This document shows positions 1 through 13,153 of a stretch of DNA of 64,000 nt, piece after piece; the stretch's first letter is position 1; each line of letters starts with the position of its first letter. The stretch is from the human T2T-CHM13v2.0 reference genome, Homo sapiens. Position numbers and translations under genes: made by a program. Under the pieces are notes generated by a model. It was given only the letters and a program-made list of their open reading frames with translations, made no database searches and was not told the origin of the DNA. Location of the stretch: the NCBI RefSeq assembly GCF_009914755.1, contig NC_060941.1; one strand, 5' to 3'.

Positions 1-250
1 ACATGAGGTAAGGAATTCAAGATTAGACTAGGCAACCGAGCAAGACCCTGTATCTACAAAAAAAATAAAATGATTAGCTGGGTATGGTAGTGTACACCTG
101 TGGTCCCAGCTACTTAGGAGGCTGATGTGGGAGGATCGCTTGAACCTAGAAGGTTGAGGCTGCAGTCAGCTCTTACTACGCCACCGCCCTCCAGCCTGGC
201 TGACAGAGACCGACATCTCAAAAAATATAAAATTAAATATAAAATAAAAT
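1..250 (+). mobile_element. Alu (AluJ-like), truncated by the window edge
   Basis: Diverged Alu right arm with A-rich tail. Confidence 0.85.
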
Positions 251-1709
251 TTAGAAATATATAAGGAAAAGGTCATGGGATAGTAGGTGGTTTCAGGCTG
301 CATGGCCGGATACCCCAGGGCATGTGTCCACCCTCCTTACCATGAGTGGAACATCATGGAAGAGTTTGGAAAAGCTGCATTTACCTTCCCATTTTTTTCC
401 CAATGAGGACACTTGTGGCCACACAGGCTAAAAGGCCTGGCCCAAAAGGACCCAATGAGACTCTTCCACTGTGGCCTCTGAGGCCCACACAGAGTCATGA
501 ACTTGTTATATTCTCTCTCTGACTTCACAATTACCTCCATAGCACCCTTAAAAGAGTTAAGTGCATTAATTCAAGAAATAATTTACGTCTAGTACCTCAG
601 TCCTTGTGGATGAAGGGTTATTATCTAAACTCAAGGAGTTCACAATTAAAGAAATCAGTTACACACAGATATTAAAAGATAATTCAGAATCAACAAGGCC
701 AAAGTGCCCAGCGAGACATCTAGACTGGAACAACTGGGAGGAGGAGTCCCAGCTGGAAGTCAGGGACGGCTTCACGCTAGACTTTTTGGGGTCAGTGGAG
801 AGGAGAACAGGGGTTCGAAAGGGGAGAAAGGAAGGTGCTATTGGGCTGGCAGGGTGGGGAGGGCAGTGTGAGCTTGGTGGAAGGCTGGCGTGGGGACAGG
901 TGGAGGCGAGATTGCAGTGGCAGGTAGGGCCAGATTGTGGAGAGTTTGCCGTTGAGGCCACAGCTGTGGGGAAGCTACCAGGGTTCTAAGAGCAAGGGCG
1001 TGATAATGACAGGTCTCAGCATCCAGACCCCATCACTAAGACCCTATGGACATCAAGAGGGGGCTCCAAGTGTCCTTAGAGAAAGAAGAGGCCAGCCCAG
1101 GGTGCCCCCTGTGTCCTCCTCCTGTGCCCACCCAAGCTAAGGAGAAGCCTGTGGTCAAATGAGCCTACCCTGGGTCCACCAGCCCAAAGCAGCATGGCAA
1201 ACAGTTCCTGAATGTGGGTATCTTGGCCAAATCTAAGGCAATGGCCTGGGAGGCAGCTGACCTGCATTCATCATCTCTTTCTTACAAGTCAAGCGACCTT
1301 GGCAAGTTACTTAATATTTCTGAACTTCCATACTAACAATGTTAATAACATTAATACTTTCTGGCCAACCTCCTTCATAGACTGGGGTGAAGAGCAAATG
1401 CGATGTCTATGAAAGCTACCCACATACATTTGAGATTTTATGGCAGGATCCAATAAATACATTCACCTTAAGGCTGAACAGCTGATAATAGCTTAATAGG
1501 TGGGTTCTCTGTGCCATATTTGCATTTTAAGCTGGAGACAGAGAATGTCTTAACCAAATCAATAAATCCTTAACAGCAGAAGTTTAGATGCCACTGGCAG
1601 GTGTGTGAAAGACAAAAGGAACAAAAGCTGTCGGGGCAGGGGCACCTGTCAAACTGCAGGCCCCAAACGGACCTTGCTTCCAAGATAAAGATACTAAGGA
1701 CAATGACAT

Positions 1710-2225
<516 letters not shown>

Positions 2226-3069
2226 CATTTCAGGTTTCTTGGTGCTCTCTGCTGTCCCGTCTGGGCCCCTGCTGCCACTTTCTGCACTGGCTCTCACGGC
2301 TCGAAGCAGCAAATGAAGCATCAGCTCCAGATTCATAATTAACTCACATTATGTGGTGACAGCCCAATTGTTCAGGTGCCCAGTGATATTTTTGACCTTT
2401 ACTCAGATTCTGGGCCTCCCAGATCTGTACCTCCAGGGAGGTGCCCAGGGAAGGGGGAAATTTCCAGAGTCCTGGCTTTACGAGGCCCTTGAGAGTCACT
2501 GGTGTCCGCCCCAGATGCCAAATTCCCTGAATGAGCCTCATTATGGCAAATAATATTTCCTTCCGTTAGGACTGTCACATCATCAAAATTTCATCACCCC
2601 TCTGGGTCACTAATAGCTTCCTACATGGCATCAAACTTTAATTGCCTTTCTTCCCCTCATCCTCCCCACCCTCACACCTCATTCAATTTAGAAGGCATTT
2701 GTGTGGCTCAGTTACTGGCAAGCCAGTTCTGAATGCCCCAAATGACCTTAAGGGAACTCCTCAAATAGCTTTGGGGCATCCCAACCCCAGAGAGAGATGG
2801 AGACAAGGAGGAGAGCAGAAGACCTTCAATATTCTGCCAAGTTAAGGCCTAGTGAGGACACAGCCAGGGTGGAGGCAAGAGCCAGGAGGAGCAGGAGGAG
2901 GAGGAGGAAAAGGAAGAGGAGGAGGAGGAGTTCCAAGGCCTCTTTCCAAACTCTACACCCCTCCCTGGACCAGCCCGTCTTCAAACAGTACAATTGTCTG
3001 GGCATCTCCCTGGAGAATAGCTGTCTCTTCTTGGGAAGACAGTGACGTATGCCGTGGAAGCCAAAGGCA

Positions 3070-3265
3070 GCCTGGAGCAGTGGAAAGAGGACAGATGTTG
3101 GGACCAGAGAGGCCTGGGTTCACATCCTGACTCCTCAACTTCCCCGCTAGAAGGTCTTGGGTGGTTAATCTCTCAGCCTCACTTTATCCACATGTCAGAG
3201 TGATAGGGAGGACTGAGGCAGACGATGGTTGTAATGCACCTTGCCATGTCTGACAAGCAGAACTG
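3070..3265 (+). mobile_element. MIR
   Basis: cctgggttcacatcctgactc...ctcagcctcact; diverged. Confidence 0.6.
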
Positions 3266-3343
3266 TGCACCAAACGTGAGCTCGGGATGGAAGGGAAGAC
3301 AAAAAGATTCTAAACTGGGGAAGAAGCAAAAGAAAATGGGGTG

Positions 3344-3740
<397 letters not shown>

Positions 3741-3784
3741 TTAAGGCCATTTGGAGGGGCAAGCACAGAAGTACAAATATAGTT

Positions 3785-4020
3785 AAAGTCATTTATTAAA
3801 CAAGTGCTTATGATATGTCAGGCTCCATTCTCACTGCTCTATGTGTATTATCTCATTTAAGCCTTGGAAGGTTTTTCTCCTTGTTTTACAGACAAAGAAA
3901 CAGAGGTTGAGAATGTTAAGTGACTTAACCCAGAGTGCCACAGATAGCAGCTGACAGAGCTTGAACCCAGGTCAGCCCAATTCTGAGGCACTGATCCTAT
4001 ACATACCACTTCTTAACAGC
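3785..4020 (-). mobile_element. MIR
   Basis: ttttacagacaaagaaacagaggttgagaatgttaagtgactt. Confidence 0.7.
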
Positions 4021-4314
4021 TTAAGGGGGAATAAAATAAGCCTCCAAACAAGGAAGTAACAGCACAGACTGGGGTTCTGCTTTAGGAATGTGCAAGGTAA
4101 AAATGTCTTGTGTAAAGTCACCCTCTGTATGAAATGCAGAGACCACAATGTCTTCTCTGTGGTTATGAAGGAACACTAGGCATTGCCAGCGCATGAGATC
4201 CTGTTGTCTTTTTCCAGCACACGAAAGCCTGCACTTCCTAGCTCCCTTGCCATTAGGTGGGACCATGTGATCCACTCTAATGAATGGGCTACAATCAGAA
4301 GAAACACAGGCTAA

Positions 4315-4608
<294 letters not shown>

Positions 4609-5155
4609 GGAGGGGAATATAAGTGCTGAGGCAAGATCTTCCTCTCCCTTTTCCTCTGGAGCATTAATCAAGGACCTTGTGTATTTCAAATGGTACATCC
4701 ATGTATGAATGGCATTACCCCCTAAACCTTCTACCCCTCCTCTCAATTTCCTTCACATCATAAAGTTGGAGTTCAGCTGATGGGGCTTCAGCAGAGACCC
4801 AGGGGCTGCCCAACCCAGATGCCAGGCCTGCTAAGAGGCAGATTCATCTGTCGGGCCAGAATCAGGAAGAGCTGGGAAAATGACCAGAAAATCTGAGCAG
4901 GGACTCCTGTCTCAATGGCAACACTACCCCATTCCATGGATGCATCTGCGGGAGCTGCTGGAGGGCGGGGCCCCCACTCTTGAGGTACCTGGCTGCTCAG
5001 TGCGCTGAGGGCTACATGGCATGGGGTGTGCTGGATGTACAGAGACGAGAGGCATTTCACAAGTCAATCAGCTCTGGAGATGGGGCGAGAGGCCTGGCAG
5101 GAAGCTGGAGAGCTGGGAGGGGCCAGATGACCGTGGGCTGTATGCCTCCAGTAAG

Positions 5156-5640
5156 CATTCATTCATTCATTCAGTCTTCATATTATGCTGACTCCTCCTA
5201 CGTGCCAGGCACTGCCCTAGTGGCTAGAAATATACCAGTGAATGAAACAAAGCCCCTGCCCTCCAGAGACACCAATAATAAACAAACAAGTCAATATATG
5301 TCAGCTGGAGCTGAGTGCAATGGAGAAAATGATGGAGAGCGAGGGAGTGGGTGCTGGAAGATGCCACGTTATAGGGTGCTCCGAGATGGATAAGACATAT
5401 TAGGAGGAAGTCCTGGAGGAAACAAGGGTGAACTTTGTAGACATCTGGGTGGTGTGGGCACCACTGATGGAAAGGCAGGAACTTCAAGTGCCAGGTTGGA
5501 GGCCTGGTAAATTCCAGGAACAACAGGCAGTCAGTGTGGGGACAGGAGTGAATGCAGGGGGAGTGAGGAGATGAGGTGGGAGGGGAGGTTCATGTCTGGG
5601 GAGTAGAGGGGCAGTGATCAGGACACCCTCCTGGACTGTA
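5156..5640 (-). mobile_element. L2 3' end
   Basis: (cattc)n terminus followed by tacgtgccaggcactg...gtgaatgaaacaaagcccctgccctc. Confidence 0.7.
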
Positions 5641-5744
5641 ATGGACACATTATAAGAACTTAACATTTACAAAGGGCATTTTCAAAGTGATCTGGACAAT
5701 CTCATTTGATTATCCAAGACAACTCTAAAAGGTAGATAACAGTC

Positions 5745-6047
<303 letters not shown>

Positions 6048-6724
6048 GGTAGACACAACTATTTTTAACTTTACTCATTTTACAGATGAGAAAACTGGCT
6101 CAGCTCAGCATCGCCCAGTGATGGAGGCAGGATTCAAAGGGGCAGAAGCCACGCTGGGAGCCATTCACCACGTCTGCAGGAGAAGGGTCTCCCCAGGGCT
6201 CCCTGGGCTCAGCAAGAGGCTTTTTGGTCCAGGCACCAGGCCCAGGGAGTCTGAGGGGACAAGCCCTGCAGTCCCCTCTCTCCCTTCCCCCGGGGATGCT
6301 GAGCATCCCTGCTCAACGCTGCTCACTGGCTCTGCCTCCTGCCCAGCACATGGACAGCAGGGGTGGGACACCTAGGGGAGGGGGCACCCGGGGTGTCTCG
6401 GCAACCAGCTTGTTTTCCTTTCCATTACAGGCAGTGGGCTGCAGCCGCCAGTTGCTGCTGGCCCATTTGTTGCTATTGGCATCCCAAGGCCCCAAATTAT
6501 GATGACTAATTCCCACCGCTTTAGGCAGCTCCAGGGCTGTCTGTGGCAACATGCTCCAGGGGGAGCGGGGTAGAAACCCCGCAGGGCGCACACTAACACC
6601 CGACATCAATTCCAACTCAGCCTCCTGCCTCCCAGAGGGGCTGGGAGTCCGTAGGGACAGGGAGAGGGTTCCAGCCAATCAGAGGACCCCTTCAACCACA
6701 GCCAGATCCTAGGAAAACCAGCTA

Positions 6725-6897
6725 TAAGGGGACAATTTCTTCATCAGCATAAAACATAGCTAACAGCCAGCTGGTGTTGAGCAGTAGTGAGTCCTCCATC
6801 ATCAAGGGTATGCAAGCAGAGACCAGATGGCCTTGTGGGCAGACGACGGTCCTAGATGACTTTTCGTGTGTCTTTCAAGTCAAATGCAATGATTCCC
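6725..6897 (+). mobile_element. L3/CR1 3' end
   Basis: agtgagtcctccatcatc...aagcagagaccagatg...ctagatgac...tgattc resembles the L3 terminus. Confidence 0.5.
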
Positions 6898-7859
6898 ATT
6901 AGTCCTTAGGACAGAAGATAAGCCCATTCTCCCCTCCTTGTTAGCTTACAGCCCGACTGCGTCCTGTGGTACAAAGTCAAATGTGGACCAATATGCAGGT
7001 TAACACTTCATTTTAAAGTCAGCCATTCAGGCGCTGTTTAAACAGAGGATCGCTGTAAAGAATTTGGCCTCCTTCCCAGCCTCCTTTCCCTTGTAGAACA
7101 AGGTTCCTGGCCCCTATGCCGGCCTTCCAGTAGAGGACACGAGGAAGAGGCAGTCGATAAATATTTGCCGAACAAATGCATGAAGCGGGGGTGGGGTGTG
7201 TGTGTGGGGGGGTCGAGGGTGGGATTTCCGAGGCAGGTGTCAGGCTGCCAGCGGGATGTAGCCTCTGGGTGGGGGTCCTGACTCTGTTCCTCCCAGGCAG
7301 GGGCCATTTTCTGCAGCCAGTGGAAGCACCAAGCTGTATCCCTCATCTAACCACTGCCAGAATGTTCCGGACTCCCCCGCGGAAGCCAAGGGGTACAAAG
7401 GGTGAGGGAAAGAGGGGCATGGGAGAGCAGGGACACCCCCATTCCACTCTCGAGTGGGGCTTTTGACAGCTGAGCCCCAGGCAAGCACGACACTCGGCCT
7501 CCTGGTAATTAGCGAAAGGCCCTGATCAATAAGTTATTTTTTGCTGTCAGTAATTAATAATTACAGCTTAGCCACACCATGTAATTAAACTTTCATCCCG
7601 CTCCCTTGTGTACTGTTGGCTTTTATTGTGATTAGCTCCCAGCACTAAACTTTCTCCCTTTGGAGCCTTTCAGGAGCCTCTAGAGCTGGGGGTTCCAGTC
7701 CTCTTTCAGGGTTGTCCCCACTGCCTTGTTCTCTCGGCTCAGATTCCCTTCCTTCTGTTCTCCCCCCAGGCATGATTCTCTTGAAAGAAACTTCTGGAGC
7801 AGCTGGCTCGGCTGCTCCTGCCCTTCTCCCAACCTCTCAGGCTGGCCAGGATGACCTCC

Positions 7860-8025
7860 AGCAGTAATCAAGCTTCCAAGCACATGGGAAATCTCTCGAG
7901 ACTCTAGTTAAAAGACTTCCAGGCTCACCCAGACCTTTCCAATCAGTGTCTGGGAGCGGAGCCCAAGAATCTGCATTGCTACAACTCCCTGGGAGCTAAG
8001 TGCTTGAGGGCCACTCTTTGAGACA
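7860..8025. mobile_element. MER5-type hAT-Charlie element
   Basis: cccaagaatctgcatt...ccactctttgaga. Confidence 0.5.
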
Positions 8026-8149
8026 CAGTGATGTGGCCATGGAAGGAATTTAAAGAAACCTCCTGGGTAAGGAAAAAGAATTCAAGGTCTTATTGGTGGG
8101 TGGCAGGGTACCATTCTTCATGGACTTCTAGCTTAATGTTAAAACCGTC

Positions 8150-8405
8150 ATAACAAGAATAATAATTGCCATGTATTAAGTACCTTCTATGTGCCAGGCA
8201 CTGGCTGGGGCCCTGCCCCTGGAATATCTTGAATTCTCCTAGCAATTCTACAAGGCAAGAGCTATTATTGCCAGTGTACAGATGAGGAAACTGAGGCTCT
8301 TAGTGGCTAAGAGCCTTGCAGAAGGCCTCTCTTCAGCGAAGCGGCAAAGCCAGATCATGAGAGCCCGTTCTTTCTGCTGCCAAAGCCAATGCTCTTTCTA
8401 CAACC
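8150..8405 (-). mobile_element. MIR
   Basis: tacagatgaggaaactgaggctc core. Confidence 0.8.
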
Positions 8406-9484
8406 TCACTGCACTTTGCTTGGGAAATGAGTTTGCATCATGTGACCCATCGGGCATACGGACAATGGTCAAATGTTAGCTTTCAGTATACCCAGGTGAT
8501 GTCGCTCAGGTCCAGCACCCACCCCCCATCCCCAAAAAAAACCAACCAGGCTAGGCTCAGATAAAATCTGGTGACAGTGGTCGATGTGAAGTTTGTCTCA
8601 AGGGAGGAACAATTGTTTCGTCCCTCGTTCTGTGCCATGCCTGGAGAAGCAGGCTTGTGGGCTCAGAAATGACAGTGCTAGTGGCTTCAGCTACCCCCCA
8701 AAGGATTAATGTCATGGCCTGAGACTGGAAAAAACTCACTCTCTAACCCCAAAGCAGATAAGAAAGGACCTCATGCCCTAATCCCACCCCCTCCAACACT
8801 CAAACCCAGCACTGCCAAGCCTAGGACCACGTTCCCACAATCCTTTGCAAGGCTTGCCTCCAGGGACACACACGGCAGGAGAGGGCTCGATGCTGGAAAA
8901 CACTCTCGGAGCCAGAGAACACGAGCGGAGCAGCAGGGGACCTGGGCAGCCTGACACGCAAAAAGCCAGCAAACAAGAAAGGCAGAGAGGAAGTGAATCA
9001 ATCACAGAGACTTTCTCTGCTTCTGACAGGGAAGCCCCTCCCGCAGGAGGCGCAGGGACAGGGGGCCACCTGGCCTTAACTTCAGCAGGAGGGGTGGGAT
9101 CTTGGCCTCAAGTGGATGGCACAGGTGTGGACGTGGGGCAGGAAGGGACACATGAAGACCCCAAAGCAAGGGCCATCAGGTGCCCTGGGGACTCTATAAG
9201 GGCCTGGTCCTAGATGAGACAAGAATTGGTGAGCCACCTGCCCAGGGAAATCATACCATTGTTGAAAAGTCTGTAGAGCAATGAAGTTAGAAGGGTCCAG
9301 ACAGATGCTGGCATCCCGTCCCTCCACGCCGTCCAGGCTTTTGGCTAGTAACACTGGTTGTCCCAGAGCACAACTGTGAGGCTGCTCCAGGATGAAGGAC
9401 AACCCATTCCTATTCTGCCAGCATCAGGGTCCTCCTGGGACCCCTCAGAGAGGGGGCCCAGACCAAGGAGACCCCATGCAGCTA

Positions 9485-9668
9485 GTCCTGGTTTGAGGGA
9501 GAGAGGCTCAGAACTCATCTGGTTCCAGACCTGCCTCTGCCCCCAGATCACAGAGTGGCCTTGGGCAAGTCATTTAATGCCATTTGGCCTCAGTTTCCCT
9601 ATCTGTTAAATGGCTACTAGAATAAGATGACCTCTGAGGTCCTCGCTTGTTCAAAGATTTTATGATGA
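9485..9668 (+). mobile_element. MIR3-like SINE
   Basis: ccttgggcaagtca...cctcagtttccctatctg...gatgacctctgaggtcc. Confidence 0.7.
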
Positions 9669-10962
9669 TCATAAAAATAATAACTTTTATTACCCTACAT
9701 TTATAGGGCTCGTTACAAAATTTCGAAGTGCTTTTATGTAAATTACCTCGTAAAATCCTCCCCTCAGCCCTGTGAGTGAGAGCTGATTATTTTCATCTCT
9801 TTGATCTTGGCTCTCTGGATTGCCTGGCGCACGAGGCGGCGTGGGGAGTGGGTTGCAGCCCCCACAGTCCGGACCCCTAGGGTGGGTCTGGCCCCCTCCT
9901 GAGCCTGCGAGAGTGAAGGCCTAGCCCTGCGAGTCCTGGAGCTCGGTCCAGGCTTCGTCTCCCTCCGCCCCCAGCAGGCGCCGCTCGGACACCGCTGACA
10001 CCACTGTCTGGATCGGCGAACCCCAAAGTCGAGGAACCGCCGGTGCAGCCGCCCTTCACCTCGGGGACCTGCCCGGGGACCAGGGGGACGTCTGGGCATC
10101 CACCCTCAGGAAGCGGGCAGCGCAGATCACACCTCGGATCCTTCGTAGCACTCCCAAACCCAAAGCCACCAGCCCTTCTCCACCGCGAGGCTGCTCCCGG
10201 CAGCCACAGGTCACAGCAGCGAGCGGCTGCACAGACTATCGAGCGAACAGCGGAGGCTGGAGGCAGGGGCGGGGATGCTGGGTGTGGGTGGATGGGTAGG
10301 AGGGGAGGCCTCAGACCCTCCCTGTGCACCACCCCCCGGTGGGTCCGCGGCTGCACCCGCGACCTTGGCTCCAGGCCCGCGCAGCGAAGCACCCCCAGCC
10401 CCAGCGGCTGGCCGAGCAGCCAGGGGCGGGCTCCCGTACGTGGCCAAGCCGGGCAATTGCTCTCCCCGGGCGAGCAACCCGGCATCCAGCGCTCGCCCAC
10501 CCCACTCCCTCGCCCCGGGGAGGCCATCGCCTGCCCGGCAGGGGCCCTGCCCTTCCCCGCAGACACCGAGCAGGGAACCAGGAGCTCGGTCTGGGAAGCT
10601 CAGCGTAGCCGAGCGTGGAGCCCGGCACGGAATGTCGCTCCCCTCCCAAGCCGGCGCAGGGCAGCCACAGCAGACGGGGGGAGGGGAGCGCCCCTCCCAC
10701 TTCACCTTGGGCTCTTCTCTGCCTCCCCAGGTCGTCCCCACCTTCCCCCATTCGGAAGCCACAAGTCTCGGAGAGACTGCCCCACCCCCAAAAGAGCCCC
10801 AAAACTTGGGAGATGGGGTGTCTTGAAACTCCCTGGAGAGGGCTCTGCCACGGCTAAGCCGGGTGTCCAGGAGGTCACCGTGAGGCCGGCCAGCTCCCGC
10901 CGCCCCTCCCCCGCCCACTCTCCCAGCCCCCTCCCTGTCCCCACGTGGGGGTCCCTCCTTAC

Positions 10963-11026
10963 CTTGGGCTCTGGCCGCGCGGATCTGATGCAGAGCTAGC
11001 AGTGTCCAGATCAAAAGCCCCCACAT
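10963..11026 (-). CDS. SDK2: SDK2 (protein sidekick-2) first coding exon: signal peptide, 21 codons plus 1 nt, phase-1 intron follows
   Basis: GTCACC-ATG at 11026 (A at -3) translates to MWGLLIWTLLALHQIRAARAQ, which I recognise as the human SDK2 N-terminus. A canonical donor CAAG|GTAAGG lies at 10963/10962. The leftover G fits the next residue Asp. The exon lies in a CpG island. Confidence 0.96.
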
Positions 11027-11383
11027 GGTGACCAGCCTGGAGAGGGGTCCTCGGGGTCTCCCTTCCCTCCGCCCTGTTTTATAATCCTGGTGGGGTCCGA
11101 TACCCCGTGGCTTAGTCCCAGGAAACAGTCAGTCTACGCGGCTCCGTGCCCCGGGGTGTAATATGCCCGGGAGGGGCAGCGCTTGGCTACCCCAACCCTT
11201 CCTCCTCTTCTGTACTAGTCCGAGCCCGGCAGCGCGCCCGGAAGGCGAGGGGCGAGCAGGGAGAAAGAGGCCAGGCCGCCCTCTCGGACTAGGGCGCCTC
11301 TCTCCCTTAGCACCCCAACTCCGACTTCTCCCAAACAGGGCGGCCTCTGCGATCCGGCCGGGTCGCCGGCCGAGCTCCGGAAT
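11027..11383 (-). other. SDK2: SDK2 exon 1 5' UTR (inferred, ~357 nt)
   Basis: Perfect Inr TTA(+1)TTCC on the minus strand with A at 11383, just downstream of GC boxes. There is no minus-strand ATG between 11027 and 11581. Confidence 0.6.
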
Positions 11384-11473
11384 AAATGGACAACTTCAGG
11401 AAACTTCCTCCCGTGGCCACGTTGCCCGCCCCCTCCCCGCCCCCTGGTTGGGTTCTCCCGGCCGACGCAGTCA
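11379..11473. promoter_or_regulatory. Core promoter: minus-strand Inr, back-to-back ETS cores, two GC boxes, plus-strand Inr
   Basis: CAGGAAACTTCCTC at 11397-11410; CCCGCCCCCTCCCCGCCCCC at 11425-11444; CGCAGT (BBCABW) at 11466-11471. Confidence 0.6.
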
Positions 11474-12271
11474 CCGCCGTTCCAGGCGCCGGGCCCCCGG
11501 GACCCGGCCAGAGCCGAGCGCAGTGGCAGACGCGGGTGCGGGGGTTCTTTTAGGGGCGCCGGTTTCGGGGGACGCGGTGAGCATAGCGGTCCGAATCTCC
11601 CTGGAGCTGAAGTTTTCTTCTCTCTAACTTTGCAGGCAGCATCTGGCGGGGCCGAACCACCCCCTCTGGGCTCCACCGCCCTCGCGCCGAATCGGGAGAC
11701 GCCGGGTCTCCTCCGGGGGCGCTGGGGCCGGGCGCGCCCTCGGCTCCGCGCCCAGCCGGCTAGCAAACTTTGCGGGTCCCGGAGCCGGGCGCGCAGCCCT
11801 GAGCGCCCATGTCCGCGCCAGCCGCGGGGCGGCGGGGGAGGGTGCTGGGCTTCGCGACGCGGGCTGTCGCCGGCGCCCGGGCGCAGAGCCTCCTGCCGGC
11901 CCGAGGATGGAGACCGGCGGCTCTGCCCTCCGCCGCGCCCCGGCCGGAGCTCTCGGGAAGACGCACGGAGAGCCCGGCGGGCAGCCCCGGCTCCGGGGAC
12001 GCGGCGCCCCTTCGGACGCCCGGCGATCGCCGACCTCCCGGGCCGGAGGAGCAACGGCCGCCCCAGCGCCTCGGCCGCCGCTGCCGCTCGCCGAGCCCGC
12101 CGCCCTCCGCTTCCCGGGCTCGGCGTCCAGAGAGCCGCTCCTGCCTGCGCCGAGCCGGAGCTGCGGGGGCAGCGTGAGCCGGGGACGAGCGCGGCGGAGG
12201 CGGAGACGCGGAGAGGGGGGCCGAGCGCTACCCCGTGGCCGCGACTGGAGAGCAGCCTGCGCGCCGGGAGG

Positions 12272-12292
12272 GGCGGCGGCGGCGGCGGCGGC
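12272..12292. repeat. (GGC)7 trinucleotide repeat
   Basis: Read directly from the sequence. Confidence 0.9.
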
Positions 12293-12899
12293 CCCGAGCC
12301 AGGCCCGGGAGCGAGCCCCGCAGAAATACAATCCGACTGCGCGGCCGCGGGCGCCCAGCGGCTCTGGGACCCGCAGGGGGGCAGCAGTGCCAACCTTCTG
12401 CCGCGCCGGGAGAGATGCGCGCGAGCCCCTCCGCTCTCTGCCCAGCCTTTCCTTCCAGCCTCGCTCGCGCCCCTGTCTCAAAGGCCTCATAGGACTCCCA
12501 GAGTCTCCTATAGTCGGGAGCCCCCAGCCCCCTTCCGGACATGGAGTGATTGGTGGGGAGGCGGCGGTTGGGAAAAGGGGGTCGGTCAACCGATTGATTC
12601 CAGTTTCCCCTTCCCAAGTCAGGCTCTCCAAGGTCTGGAAATGCTCAGGGCGGAGGGGGAGACATCGGGAGGCCTGGGACCTGCAGAAGCCTGAGAAAGT
12701 GAAGTTGGTGCCAAGGAGCGTGCGTTCTTTGTTTCTTCTTTTTTCCTTCGGAGCCCAGCTTGTAAAGAGTAGAAGAACCGGACATTGGTGGAGGAATTCA
12801 AACAAGAGAGCCCGGAGGCGTCCTCTGCTGTGGCCCAGAGCTAGCGCCTACTCCACGAAGCTCAGCTGGGGTTAACAGGCTTCTGTTAAAATTTCCCGG

Positions 12900-13153
12900 G
12901 CACTGGGAAAATTTCAGGTGCCTTCGCCTCGGTGGACTCCTTTCCCTGCTAACAAAATTATTAAAAATAAGATTTTGCAACTGCGTTGGCATAAGGAAAA
13001 GTATATTAATATTGCATATTAAAACATGTTCTTCAGCCTAAAGCTTTACTTATTTTTTTCTGATTTTAAAAGAAATCAAAACATTTTCATGGGCCCCAAA
13101 AGACTATGGTCCCTGGCACTGGGCCTGCGGTGCTTAATGCAGAAGTCTACCCT
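12900..13153. mobile_element. MER45B-like hAT fragment at the island edge
   Basis: aaaacattttcatgggcccc...ggcactgggcctgcggtgcttaatg...ccctg terminus. Confidence 0.45.

Larger units (their letters stand above)
9820..12850. promoter_or_regulatory. CpG island / SDK2 promoter region
   Basis: Very high GC and undepleted CpG compared with the flanks; contains exon 1. Confidence 0.93.

Noticed and set aside
10211-10962. 271-aa read-through of the SDK2 exon 1 ORF
   Set aside because: A strong donor at 10962 ends the exon; the remainder is GC-rich intron with no protein-like character.
11577-11635. Plus-strand mini-intron between donor 11577 and the strong acceptor at 11635
   Set aside because: Only 59 nt, below the usual minimum size for human introns.
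9764-12875. Many long overlapping ORFs (up to 393 aa) on both strands of the CpG island
   Set aside because: Stop-codon scarcity in very GC-rich DNA; low-complexity Arg/Pro/Gly/Ala products, mostly with non-ATG starts, and no domain resemblance.
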